Shown in pieces: positions 1 through 12,750 of a DNA stretch of 64,000 nucleotides. Location: contig NC_042997.1 of NCBI RefSeq assembly GCF_006345805.1, forward strand, positions 7,068,001 through 7,132,000. The letters are read 5' to 3'. The notes beneath the pieces are model-generated. The model ran no database searches and was not told where the DNA came from. It worked only from the letters and a program-made list of their open reading frames with translations. Both the position numbers and the translations under genes were made by a program. Origin of the DNA: Octopus sinensis (lineage: Eukaryota). Numbering within the stretch: the stretch's first letter is position 1; every line of letters begins with the position of its first letter.

Positions 1-1370
1 AAAGTAAATGTTTTATATCTTAAGGCAAATATGTCATGTGTTTAGTATAAGCAGTGAAAGCAAAGACGAGATTATTGCTATTCCGTTGTGTAGTGACTTC
101 GCCATCAACTCACGCTCAGTTTGACAACAACAGCCGGCGCATTGGTGTTTCTTTGAGTGTTTCTTCTCACTCTCTTTCTCTCTCTCTCTTTCTCTTTCTG
201 TCCCAATTCTTCTCTGTCTCTCTTGCCATGCGCTTTTAATTTAACACTGTATGTATGTATCTATGCATGCATCGAATTTTCTTTCGATGTATGCATCAGT
301 CTACTCTCAAAATACTGATAACCATTTAAAAATAAAATAAAGGAACAGCGCCTTCATTTCACTCCTCACTCACTGTCTCTCTCACTTTCTCTTTCTGTCT
401 CACTTTCTCTCTATATTTCCTCTCTCCCGGTTTGCCACTCACTTCAGCTATAACTCCTCTGCTTACAGCTTTTATTTCTCTTTTTCTTTCTACCTCTCGC
501 CTCAAATTTTTAGCTCTTCCTTTGAAGCAAGTGTGATACACATCTACATGTACGTATCTCAAACAACGGAAGTTAGCATATTAATATTATTAATAATAAT
601 GATAGTATGAATAATAATAACAACAAAATCAATAACATATAAAACTGAAGTTGGCTGTAGAACGATTATAAAATATCTTATGACGTGATCTTCAATTCCT
701 GGATTTTAGAAATTCTTGAATTAGTACAGGTGTTGGAGATCGTTTAAAAATTTTAAAGGCTGCAGGAAATAATGAGACCTGGAATATCTGAATTTTGGAA
801 TTGCATATCAGTCATTTCCGAGAACAAATCTGATGCGGTCAAAATTTTTATGTTTTTAAGTACTATCCCTCTGTATGAAATATAAAGTCCGCTGAATACC
901 ATTCAATGGATAGCATAAATACGTATTTATGCATTTGGCAACAGATGTACGTTATACAAATTAATAATGAAGTTAGATATATGTTCTATACAACATTTAA
1001 AGCAAAAATTTAAGAACTAAAATGTAAAGAAATAATCCTGATATAATTATCAGTAATGCAATGTATAGAACATCATTGTTAATCTTATAAATAAATCTAT
1101 GAATGGTAACAAGGTTGGAAAGAATAATATACTTGCTCTAAAGTTGTATTTTAAATATAATAAAACGTAATGTCTCCTGTCTGTCACAACGAAAACAACA
1201 ACAAAAAAAACAGTGTGAGAGTGGCTGCCACAGGCGCTAAATACAAATGAACTGAGGTAGTGGATTCTGCTCTGGGATCCCGGTCACTTTAATCAAAATA
1301 TTTACAGTCGGTTTTATTAATATATCAGTTTAAAACACACATACACACACACTTACATTCACTCACGCAC

Positions 1371-1372
<2 letters not shown>

Positions 1373-1437
<65 letters not shown>
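1373..1437. repeat. (AT)n microsatellite
   Basis: Pure TA dinucleotide run; one of dozens in the window. Confidence 0.98.
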
Positions 1438-1438
<1 letters not shown>

Positions 1439-1557
1439 TAAATTATTTTGTTTAAAAATATTAACGGACACATAGAAGATATATATGTGTGTGATACGTC
1501 AATGCGATGTTGAGCACTCATTCTCATTGTTAGACATTTATACATATGTATACATAC

Positions 1558-1604
<47 letters not shown>

Positions 1605-1832
1605 TGTGTGTGTCTGTGTGTGCGTGTGTGTGTGGGTGCGTGTGAGTGTGTGTGTGTGTGCAAGTATCTCTCTCTTTCTCTCTCTTTTCTCTTGGAGAAA
1701 ATTTTCTCATGAAGAAGAATTTTGTTGGACACGTAAAACGACCTTTCTTTCCTTCCCTCAGTATCTGCTAATAGTTTGCATGTACCACATCCCCGAGTTG
1801 TTTTTTTCCTGTGTTTGTTGCTGTTTTTTTTT

Positions 1833-1985
1833 AGTGGCTATGTGGTAAGTAGCTTGCTTATCAACCACACGGTTCCAGGTCCAGCCCCACTGCGTGGCAC
1901 ATTGGGCAAGTGTCTTCTGCTATAGCCGCGAGCCGACCAAGGCCTTGTGAGTGGATGTGGTAGATCGAAACTGAAAGGAGTCCGT
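1833..1985 (+). mobile_element. tRNA-derived SINE, 5' part (octopus-type family)
   Basis: tRNA-like head GTGGCTATGTGGTAAGTAGCTTGCTT...GGTCCAGCCCCACTGCGTGGCAC; same family as the minus-strand copy at 30085-30395. Confidence 0.8.
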
Positions 1986-2116
1986 CATATTTGAGGCCAA
2001 CAAAGAAAGATCATTGCTGGCTGGACACCTGCCACGTGGAGGAGAGAGGTGTAGGAGCAGCGTGATTGAATGATTAGAAACAAATCAGAGACATAGTGAA
2101 AGGTACAAGTGAGATA

Positions 2117-2163
<47 letters not shown>

Positions 2164-2239
2164 TAGAGAGGGAGAGAGAGAGATAGAGAGGGAGAGAGAG
2201 AGGGATGTGTGCATTTTCCCCTTGTTTACAATTAACATG

Positions 2240-2487
2240 AAAAAATTGATAAACAGTTACCAGGGTAGCAAACATCAGACAAGTAAAACGGGCGTAAGGG
2301 CTTATTTTAAAAGGTAGAAACTCCGGGTTTATGTGAACTATTTTGTATATTACATATAAATAGAAAAATGGAGTTAAACGCAGGTGTTATTCAAATCCTT
2401 TTACTTCCGACAGATGTTTCGAACATATAATTGGAATTATGTGTCGGAAATCAAAGTATTTGAATAACACCTGCGTTTAACTGCATG

Positions 2488-2490
<3 letters not shown>
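2240..2490 (-). mobile_element. Short PLE-like foldback element next to (TA)n with half hammerhead
   Basis: Perfect 25-bp inverted repeat 2372-2396/2458-2482 plus TTCCGACA/TGTCGGAA (2405-2412/2442-2449); minus strand reads CGAAAC-ATCT-GTC-GGAA. Confidence 0.6.
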
Positions 2491-2523
<33 letters not shown>

Positions 2524-2695
2524 TCTAAATATATATACAAATTATATATCTCTGTATATGTGTGTGCTTATTATGTGGACTACATTTTAAAACCCAGCTG
2601 TTATTTTCGTATCTCATTGTTCGTGTGCTTTTAACCAAATTTTCTTACATGGCTTTGATATTCCATTTTCCATCATCAATAAAACTGTCGGTAGT

Positions 2696-2755
<60 letters not shown>

Positions 2756-2757
2756 AA

Positions 2758-2803
<46 letters not shown>

Positions 2804-4520
2804 CAACACTATCATTAAGAGTAAATAAACTTTAGAAACATAAGTAAGGTTGATGCACAATTCTGCGTTTAGAAGTAAATGAAACTAACTGCTGTGAATT
2901 AATTAAACCAATTATGTGTGCATTGTGGAGCGAGTCCGGATGTCCCAGGGCAGCTAATTTTAGTACATGAGTTTGTTGTAGTCAATGATATATTGCGGTT
3001 AAGAGGTCTGCGAAATTGGCCAGCGCACTCAGCAGCCAAAACTCACACTATAACAGTTTTTCATTCACTCTGTTGAGTGTCTTGTAATACTTCAATGTCC
3101 TTGTGGAGCTGAGTCATCCATAGAACCAGATATCTCGGTTACTGAAATGACGAGCAAAAATCCCCTCCGGTATATAGAATCTCTGTACTAGAGTTTGGTG
3201 CAATAAATCCAATTATTTCAAAATTTGAAGGCTCAATATCTGGGAGGTGGTGTGTGAAAGTATATCATGCGCAGATACTTCAGTGGTAGTAACAATATCA
3301 ATATAACAAAATTTGCTCAAGTAAGATACGAAACTCATTGCGAACGCGAAAATACATATAGTATAATTACGTACATATATACTTGCAGGTATATATACAT
3401 AAATACATACACACACATACACACACAAACACACACACGCATATATATATATATATTATATATATATATATATATGTATGTATATATGTACTTTTATTAT
3501 TTTTCTGGAGTGTGTATATACGTATAAATATAAATATATATACATACATACATACATACATATATATATGTATAAAGATTCCCTTTGTTTTTCGTTTGAA
3601 AGTCGTCTACACAAAAGCGAATTCAATCAAGTGTTATAATAATCGTTCATCTAGAGAACACCAGTAATAATGTACTTATGCTGATTACAACAGCTCGTTG
3701 AGGCGTTCACTGATGGCGAATGTAGATTATTATTGCAGCTAACGGAATTACTGTATTATTGAATAGACCAATATTGCCTATTTTGAAAAGCTATTAACAG
3801 CTATTATCCTGTAAGTAAGAGAATACCAAGTTAAGAATTTCTATTATGATAATCCACTTTAGCGAAAGATAAATGTTCTTAGTTCATAGTGTGTTCTTTG
3901 CTATTGCGTTCTACTTTGCTCCATCTAATCTTAATGGAAAATAAATTTGGTCTGAATTTTACTAAAGAATGAACGGCAGATAGTAATTTAATTCGAGAGA
4001 GGTGGAATATTTTCTTTTAGAGTAGCACAAAGCTATGACAGTTGAGATTTGTCTTGTAAACTATCACTTGGTGTTATTGTCAAGGGACTTTCAAAGCTAT
4101 TACTATCACAACGTAGATTTTGTATATATATACTACATTTCAAATTGGTTGGCAAAATCGTTCTAAAGACACATAATTAAGTTTTCCAATTATTTATGTT
4201 ACCATGAACCTATTTTAAGTTATATTAATGTAGTATTATTCTTGAACAATGTTTGATATGTTGATATCAATATAAAGCAATAGACATACTTCACCAACTT
4301 GACCGTTGCGTGTGATATTGTATTTCACTGCTGATAAACACGAATAAATAAAGATATATACACAAATTCACAGAGGACAGGTGAACATAGATACACATAA
4401 ATATTTCTCTTTCCCTCTCTGTTTCCTTACACACGCACAGACACACACATACACACACATATATACATACATACAAACACACACATATATAGAGATACAT
4501 ACACACACATATACATACAC

Positions 4521-4570
<50 letters not shown>

Positions 4571-5487
4571 AGTCCATTATTGCTAAAATAGAGGAAATAA
4601 GTGATATCATGGAATGTATCTAGAAATATCATGTTTAATGGATTTAGTTCGAGACAATCTAATGTAATGTGGTATATTTGAGTTTTATTCTCATATTTCA
4701 ATAATTTTCTTCATGTGAATAATACTGAGCTCCATATGTATTATTGTATGAATGCGTATTTATTTCTTTATAAGTATTGTATATGTGTGGTGATATGCGT
4801 ACGTATGTCTACGTGCGAAAACATGCGCTCAGTTGCTTCTGTATATTTTTGTTCTCTCTGTTTATGTCTGTATAAAACAAAACATGTTACATTTCATACT
4901 ATTTTGGTCTACATTATTTCCTAATGACAAGACCCGAAGAGAGATATATAACCGCATCTGAAAGTATATTTTTGATACCAATATCAGCATTCCATTATTT
5001 CTGATGACATCATTTTAAATGTCATTATTTCGTATATAGTTTGTTGACTACATTTTCATGAATTATTTCGTTTGATCACATAGCTTTGTAATGTCAATGC
5101 ATATGCTTATCGATAATGTTGACAGGTGAATGCACAGATTTTGTAGAATGATATATCTTTCTATTTTCTTTGAATTACTCATAAATTGAAGGCAGTTACA
5201 GGAATGAACATTAAATACGTTTTATACATTCATAAAGAGAATCTATTTTACTAGCTTGTTATGAAATGAAACGCAGTTTTCGTTCAAAATATTTAGTAAT
5301 CCCAACTTTGAAGTTACCCCAACCATTCAGCGTCGGCTTTTAAATGACATGTTTGACTGCAAGGGCTAGACATCCAATATTAGATCAATATAATCCATTC
5401 TATCATTGCACATATCGTTAAATTTTGTTCACTTGTACTTAAATATTAGAACTGAAAATTACTCAAGTTTTGTTATGATGAGAATAA

Positions 5488-5712
5488 AGCTGGCAGAAAC
5501 GTTAGCACGCCGGGCGAAATGCGTAGCCGTATTTCGTTAGCCGTAACGTTCTGAGTTCAAATTCCGCCGAGGGCGACTTTCCCTTTCATCCTTTCAGAGT
5601 CGATAAATTAAGTACCAGTTACGCACTGGAATCGATATAATCGACTTAATCCGTTTGTCTGTCCTTGTTTGTCCTCTCTGTTTAGCCCATTGTGGGTAGT
5701 AAAGAAATAGGT
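5488..5712 (+). mobile_element. SINE (family with CCTTTCATCC..GTCGATAAATTAAGTACCAG core)
   Basis: Pol III B-box-like GAGTTCAAATTCC; related copies at 39135, 47745, 54636, 62368. Confidence 0.8.
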
Positions 5713-6079
5713 ATATAGACGATATTTACCTGTATGAGCGGTTCGTGAACTGTTGAAAATTAAGTTACCTCTAAGATATAGGTTATCTTAATTATATTAT
5801 TGCACGTAGATTTTATAAAATTTTGTGTTAATCTTTTGAATTGCGTGGAAAGTAAATAAGAATGTTGTTGTGATCCTTAAAATGTTGGATTGTTATAACG
5901 CTTACTTCGGTATACATTATTCTTGTAAAATCAGCAAAGACACGACTTTCTCTGATCGTCTACTACCTACACTTTACTTATAGCGACTAGGCTATTCTAT
6001 TCGTCACGTGAGAGGGGTGTACCTTTATAACAAATTCCTTACATCTCCTGTTAAGTTTCTTTAAGTGCCATTGTATTTA

Positions 6080-7450
6080 ACAATATTTTTTATTCATCCC
6101 CACCTCTCGTTTTGAGTATATTTTTACGTATAATATAACAATTTTTGCACTGGCATCTATATTCAGGAAATCTGTATGTTTTCTTTTCCTTTCACTTGCA
6201 CGCCTGGGTTGAACCACCTGGCGAAGGTGCTTGAAACATATCATAACCCATTCCATTGGTTCCTCCAGCATCTTTGGTCTGCTTTCCACCAATCAGTTGG
6301 TTCCTGTGTCTCTTTTGTACGCCTTTTTTACCTTTACCCAATACATCATTTTTCTTTGCATTTGCTAATTAGACAACCTTCCCAACTCTGCTTTCCATTT
6401 TTCCATGCCCTCCTATACACGTTTTCAACAACCTGCTATGTTTTTTCACCAAGAATCATGTTATGGCTCACCTGGCAATTTTTCTGTTCTTTTCAGGTAG
6501 CAATTTATCAAAGATTGATTTTACTTTTATTGCAAATATCAGCTACGATGGTGAACTGCCTGCTCGTGTTTTCGGATTTGGTGTCAGTCAGACGGTACAC
6601 TCTTAAACATTGTTATTGAGCCACCTCATCCGAAACTTCTTTATTCAATTGTCAAAGGGTTTTTTCTGAAGGTATTGACAAAGGCTTCTGTTTGTCCATT
6701 AGAGCTGGGATAGTATGTAGCCGTAGTTATATATTCTACTGCAAACGGTTTATAAAAATGCATACTTTAAAAATAATTACTAGACACAAATTGCGTTCCA
6801 TTGTCTGGGATGCTAGATCTTGCAAACAATTCGTGTAAAACATTTATTACATTTGAGGAGGTTACTTTTGTACACTTATAAATCTCAGGCTATTTCTAAA
6901 ATGGGAACCATTTGAAAGGAGCAGTAATATCGCTATGTAATCTCGATCGTAGAACACTTACTTTTGCATAATCTTTACTTTTTATCGTGGTCTATTTTTC
7001 AATTCATTTTGACTTACACAGATGTGTTCCAATCTGTTTTACTGCAATTCTTAGCTTCAATTCGTCAGCCGCATTCGAACCTTCGACTGAATCGACTCTA
7101 ATTGCACGCAAAATGCTTATGGACGTGTTACATGCTTCGAATAGTTCCACACAATCTGTGCCGAATAAATTAAGTGAACTTTTTTAACAAATATATATTT
7201 GCCTTTTTCGTTCGACATCGAAATTTTACATTACATTCCAATTCCCCGAAAAAATATAATATTTTTCCCTTAACACAATGTGCTACCTTTTCTAATTTAT
7301 ATAATTTCGTCTTACCGATAAATTTGTACGTTCTTTTGTTTATAATGGCAATGTTACTACCAGTCTCCAATTGCATTTTAACAGTTGTATTTCTGATTTT
7401 CAGCTTCAAGAATTTACTTACGTTTGATGGGTGTACTATTATTACTAATT
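6080..7450 (-). mobile_element. Degenerate Gypsy LTR-retrotransposon pol remnant (protease + integrase; RT/RNaseH missing)
   Basis: Minus-strand ORF 7170-7529 has an aspartic protease-like KMQLETGSNIAIIN motif; 6500-6900 reads LHELFAR..DNGTQF...YYPSSNGQTEAFVNTF (integrase core) with stops and frameshifts. Confidence 0.8.
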
Positions 7451-9020
7451 TCCTGCAACAATTATCCAATATTTTTTCAAGAAAGGGAAATACATGCGGA
7501 CATACGTATATATATATATATACATACATATATGCATATATGTTTGTATGTATGTGTATATATACATTTACATACTTCCTTTCATATGTATATATATATA
7601 TATATATATATACTTGTGTTTTATAACGTATGAATATATTCAGAAAATGAACTCAAATAGCTGGTCTATAAACAACTTCTTTCCTCATATGCATTTTACT
7701 TACATTTTAAATTACCTTGAAACATTTGTATCCAAGGGAATAGGATCACTTTGATCAGTTTCACCTTTTGCATTACCCTCATTGCTGGCGTGATTGTAAA
7801 CACTAAATCCGACGTATGATTATCCACAATATTTTTTTAAACTGCGAAGAGTCTACGATTTGTTAATTTGTTCTCATTTCATCACAAAATATTTTCTTTT
7901 TTTTTTCGATTAAAAACGGAAGTAAAAACAGTTTCGGGGTTCATTATATACATTGAGTCATGAATTCAGTTGTCTACAAACTGCAGCGTAATCAGTTGTC
8001 TAATTATAGTATTATCACTTTTTTTCATCGATTCTTCATTATGGCTTTAGCAGGAATCAGGCAGATATAACCTTTAAGCTATTCCCGCTATAGCGGTGGC
8101 ACGGCCTTACAAAGTTGACATATGTATTACAATGTCTAACGAAGAGTTGGATAATTTTACGCGATAAAGGAGAAACAATATTGCATCAACAAGATCTCGT
8201 ACAGAAATACTCAAATAACTTCTGAGTACGTTTCACATATATTTTCAGGTGGTGGGTTTAAGAACTGCTTCACAAATATTTGGGATAGTTTTCGATATAA
8301 TAATGCAAAAGAATATGATGAATAAGTAACCATTATTGACTCAGTTTCATAAGAGCTTTATATAAGCGGACATTGACAACTGGAAACTTCTGCGCAGCCG
8401 ACTTTTCCCTTGATCTTTCAATTGTTTTATTTATTTATTTATTTACCATTCCTTCAATCTCTTGCTGATTCAAATTTCGATCACATTTATGTGTTTTCAG
8501 CTCCATTTCGAGATACTAAAATAGAAATTTCGTCCAACGAAAGATTTTTTAAGATGTAATAGAAGCGAAGCTGAAAATCATAGATGTAATTATTACTAAG
8601 TAGTATATTTTGTTGGATTTTGCTTAATTCGACGAAAGGATGACTGAAAATACTATGCGTTCCTTAACCATCTTCAAGAAAGTTTAGTAAAAAATATTAG
8701 GTAAAAAGTGCGCATAAATATGTAATCTTTGGTATCGTCTTTAAATTATCACATTGCATTCATTGCATGAAGGATAATATAATGTAGTTAACCGGTCTGA
8801 AAAGGCGTCATTTCGACTGAAGTTTAATGTCTAAAATCGCGTGAAAATTTATAACAGGGAAGCAAAAATGGATTAAGTTTGGAAGTGATCACGAGAAAGC
8901 AAGTTCTAATTATGCCTACATATATCTATACGTATATGAACGTATATTTCCAAACACAAAACACACATACACGCCAGCACACATACATATGCATATATAT
9001 ATATATATATATATATATAA

Positions 9021-9284
9021 CAATTGCAGCGTGGAAGGTGTTTGTAAACCATTTAAGAAACACACAAAAGCCGTTCGATTCACTTTAACATTTAAGTTTA
9101 ATTTGTCAAAATATTTTCGTCGCTAAATTCCGCGACCTGTTCACTGACAAAAATCCGTGCTGTATCTCATCGAACGGCTTTTGTGTGTTTCTTAAATGGC
9201 TTACAAAAACCTTCCACGCTGCAATTGGTTTCGTTCCAGCACGCGATCTCAGATCAAATCACTTGCTATGCGAGTACATCTCCG

Positions 9285-9286
<2 letters not shown>
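9021..9286. mobile_element. Foldback element between two (TA)n tracts with hammerhead-like motif in the spacer
   Basis: 59-bp inverted arms 9021-9079/9169-9227 (2 mismatches); (TA)n directly on both sides; hammerhead-like topology on minus strand 9102-9151. Confidence 0.75.
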
Positions 9287-9327
<41 letters not shown>

Positions 9328-9539
9328 ACAAAAAATACGGATAGAGAGAGTTATATTTTTATTACAGATCTCACCTTATACGTCCGACTATTGTTTCTAT
9401 TGCATTGCACACAAAATTTCTTACGGTGGTTCTCCAGCATGGCCACAGTGAAATGACTGCAGAAAGTAAAGGAATAAAAGAATATACAAACACACATATA
9501 TACCTATATTTAAATTTATACATATATACATACATATAT

Positions 9540-9795
9540 GTGGAAGCGTGTGACTTAATGGTTTCGGCGTCAGCATCATGGTCGTAAGATCGTGGTTTCG
9601 TTTCCTTGACCTGGCGACGCGTAGTGCTCTTGAGCAAAACAATTCTTTTCAGGTTGCTCAAGTCCACTCAGCTGGCAAAAATAAGTAACGCTGCGATGGA
9701 TTGGCGTCCCGTCCAGCTGGTGACATATACGCCATTGAAACCGGGAAATCGGGCCCATGAATCTGGCTAGGCTTGAAAAGGGCGCATTTATTTTT
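9540..9795 (+). mobile_element. tRNA-derived SINE
   Basis: Head GTGGAAGCGTGTGACTTAATGG...GATCGTGGTTTCG...CTTGAGCAA, homologous to the SINE at 30497-30839. Confidence 0.7.
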
Positions 9796-10019
9796 ACATG
9801 GTGGCTGCCTCCTCGTTATCGAGTAAGGCCATTGCACGAAATATAATCAATGTTGTTATCGTGCAATGCGTGTGCCAGAAGATTTTTTTTAAGTGGGGAA
9901 AGGCTGTGCACTGAGTCATTCTCACTCACTGAGCAGCAGCAGCCATAATCCGAAAAGAAGAACAAGTCAACATCATCGGTAACCACTGAGCCGTAGGATT
10001 TTTATCGGAGTTATCCCAG

Positions 10020-10300
10020 TTACCTGAGTTACCTTCTCCTAGAAGGATGCCCTAACAAAGGCTACGAGATCTTCACTCCCAATGGTTTAACTGCGCGATC
10101 GGGTATTCAGTTCGATTATTTCTATGTCCACCCGCATGATCCAGCCTTAAGACATTTATTGGATGGCCGTTGACTCTCAAGAATTCCTCGGCCCTTTGAC
10201 GGGTTTTGTTTTTCATCCCACAGGCTGTCCAATAAACAACCTCCTCACCAAGCAAGCTTGGTGGGGTTGCCGGTTTAGTCGCCGACGACCCGACCATGCA
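10020..10300 (-). mobile_element. Probable RTE-LINE 5' region or derived repeat fragment
   Basis: GC-richer block; minus strand ends ...AGGGCATCCTTCTAGGAGAAGGTAACTC, a motif I recall from RTE 5' UTRs (memory only). Confidence 0.35.
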
Positions 10301-10302
10301 AC

Positions 10303-10389
<87 letters not shown>

Positions 10390-11849
10390 TGTGTGTGTGT
10401 GTGTGCGTTTGTATGCATAAAAATATTATTATAATTGATATCCTAACACAACGTTATCAAGGTTATACCAAATTAATGAAATTCATATTAAACATCTGAA
10501 AATTTACTATTTGATAAACGCTAGCAAAGGAAAATGAACTCTTACAAGAATTGAAACTAAGACGTTCCTTCATTCAATTAATCGTGATATCATTGGATGT
10601 CGAAAATATTTTATGAAAATGAAATTAAACAATTTTAAGAAAAGTCATTTTAGTACTCAACTCCCGGTGACGTCAATGGATACTGAAATAGAATCTAAAA
10701 TTGATATTTTTGTATACAACTACTGATGAATTCATGGATAACTTAAAAACATATAAGAATTGTTCTACGTCATTACGAATAAAATCTTTCATAGTTTACG
10801 TCATAATAATTAGTTGCCTATTTAATCATCATATCAAACTTTTTATAATATTTTCCCTTAATGTCATTCTAAATTTATGGTGAAACCTTATTGTAAAGTT
10901 ACCATCAAATTTCAATGAAATTAACTGAGAAATAATTATATAATGGAGTTTTTTCAAGGCAAAGATCACATTTATGATTATAAATAGTGTACAACGGTGC
11001 ATAACTAATGATAGACCAGTTTAAATCATACTTAATTTTCTCCCTTAAATCTGTTTATGAAGATTTGTAGAATCACTTTTCCCTAAACATAAATAAATGA
11101 GAATGATTATAAAACCTTGATTTCAAAATTGTAGTAGATGAATGAATGTAATAATACATACGACCTCCAGCAATTGCCTTACAATGGTATATTTTTTCTT
11201 TAAGACTTGATTTTCTAAAGGGCATAAAATTTTGTTTTGATAATTTTACCGACCTTTATTCACTTAGATTCGGTAATCATATTTAAAAGTATTTCCTATA
11301 GTACTCTTCAGTAAATTAGGTCTTAAGTTGGAATTATTTTTACAATTAATATTCAGATTAGATGATAACCTAACTGTATTATCAGAATCGTGGTTAGTTA
11401 TAGAACCAAAAACTTGTTCATTAGAGTTGATTTGACAATATACATTATATGTTTCACTTTTGCTTAAAGATTTCGAATTTGGATATTCCTTAAATCTCTG
11501 TTTATTGTATGATCTTATGATTTCAGCCAAATTTCCAGCGGCTGAATACAATACTTTACGTTATGTCGAGTATATAATTTCCCATATTTACTTGAAGGTG
11601 GGAACCACCTACCTTGTGCAGAAAAAGATTACGTAAGATATTAGAAGCTATTGAAGATGATAACCATGCATTATAGCATATAATATATTTTATCCATTCT
11701 TTTTATTATTTATCTATATTTCTCAATACCTTATTAAATTTGGATGTTTTTCCTAACGCAATTATTATTTCTAAATTTATTGCCGTTATCATTACTTTAT
11801 TTCTTTTTATCACAAGTTTTGTTCTAACTCCTGGAGTCTTGCATGCGTA

Positions 11850-12750
11850 ACAGGCTTGCTACCTGCAGCCTACTGTACCATGCTATTAGTTACTTTCAGC
11901 TATCGAATACTTTCTTGACTTTTCTGTTCGTACCAAGGAGGCAAATGTTTGTAAACATCTCTACTGGTCACTCTATTTCAATTTTCTTTATATTCTTCTT
12001 GGTGCGTTCTGATACTGACTCAACGACCAAACAATAATTAGAACTACTTTCACTTTCTTTATTTTCCATAACCGGGATATTTCATACTTATAAGTTTTAT
12101 ATTTAATTGATTTTTCGCCTTCCTTCTTCACTATTCGTGGGTCAAATGGACATGCTACTTTAACTATATAGCATATGTGGTGTACCTTGTCGACAACCAA
12201 TAGGCCTAGTCTGTTATGTTCCGACCTGATCTGTTTGGATTGGGAAATCCGTGACGATGTTCCTAGTCTCGGAATCCACTCTTCTCAGCAGTTTGTGCTC
12301 ATTCTACGTCTTACCCCTCTAGGCCCCAATTTTCACACAGTTTGCAATGGAACACTTACGCTACCTGACCATGTTGCTGCAACTTGTAGTGGTCTTGGGC
12401 ATTTGTTTGTGAGATGGGCAATAGTTCATGTACTCTATTACAGACGCGGTATAGCGGAGACACTTGGTCATTCCTAAGGTTGACACTCCAGTTTGTGGCC
12501 AAAGCTTGGGCTTTTGCTGCAAGTATAGTGCTCTCAGTCTCCTGTTTTAATGTTACTTTCTTAATCCCATCTATTTTCCCGCAACATATTATTTATAACA
12601 ACCAGGTATTTAGTATCTACAGAATTAGACCCATACTTATTAATATGAATAGGTATGAGTATTCCATTTTTTCCTTTTGTGGTTTCATCATGTGCATAAT
12701 ACCTATTCCCTCCTATAGCACAAACATATTTGGTAGGGATTACTTGCAAA
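11850..12750 (-). mobile_element. R4/Dong-like non-LTR retrotransposon 3' remnant (CCHC finger + restriction-like endonuclease)
   Basis: Minus strand gives LKQETESTILAA..QALATN, a degenerate zinc-knuckle region (..ETIAHLTNKCP), KLCENWGL, VVDKVHHICYIVKVACPFDPRIVKKE (PD-(D/E)xK region) and EISRLWKIKKVKVV. Confidence 0.8.

Noticed and set aside
1253-1274. let-7-like seed TGAGGTAGTGGATT as a microRNA
   Set aside because: No complementary star arm on either side, so no pre-miRNA hairpin.
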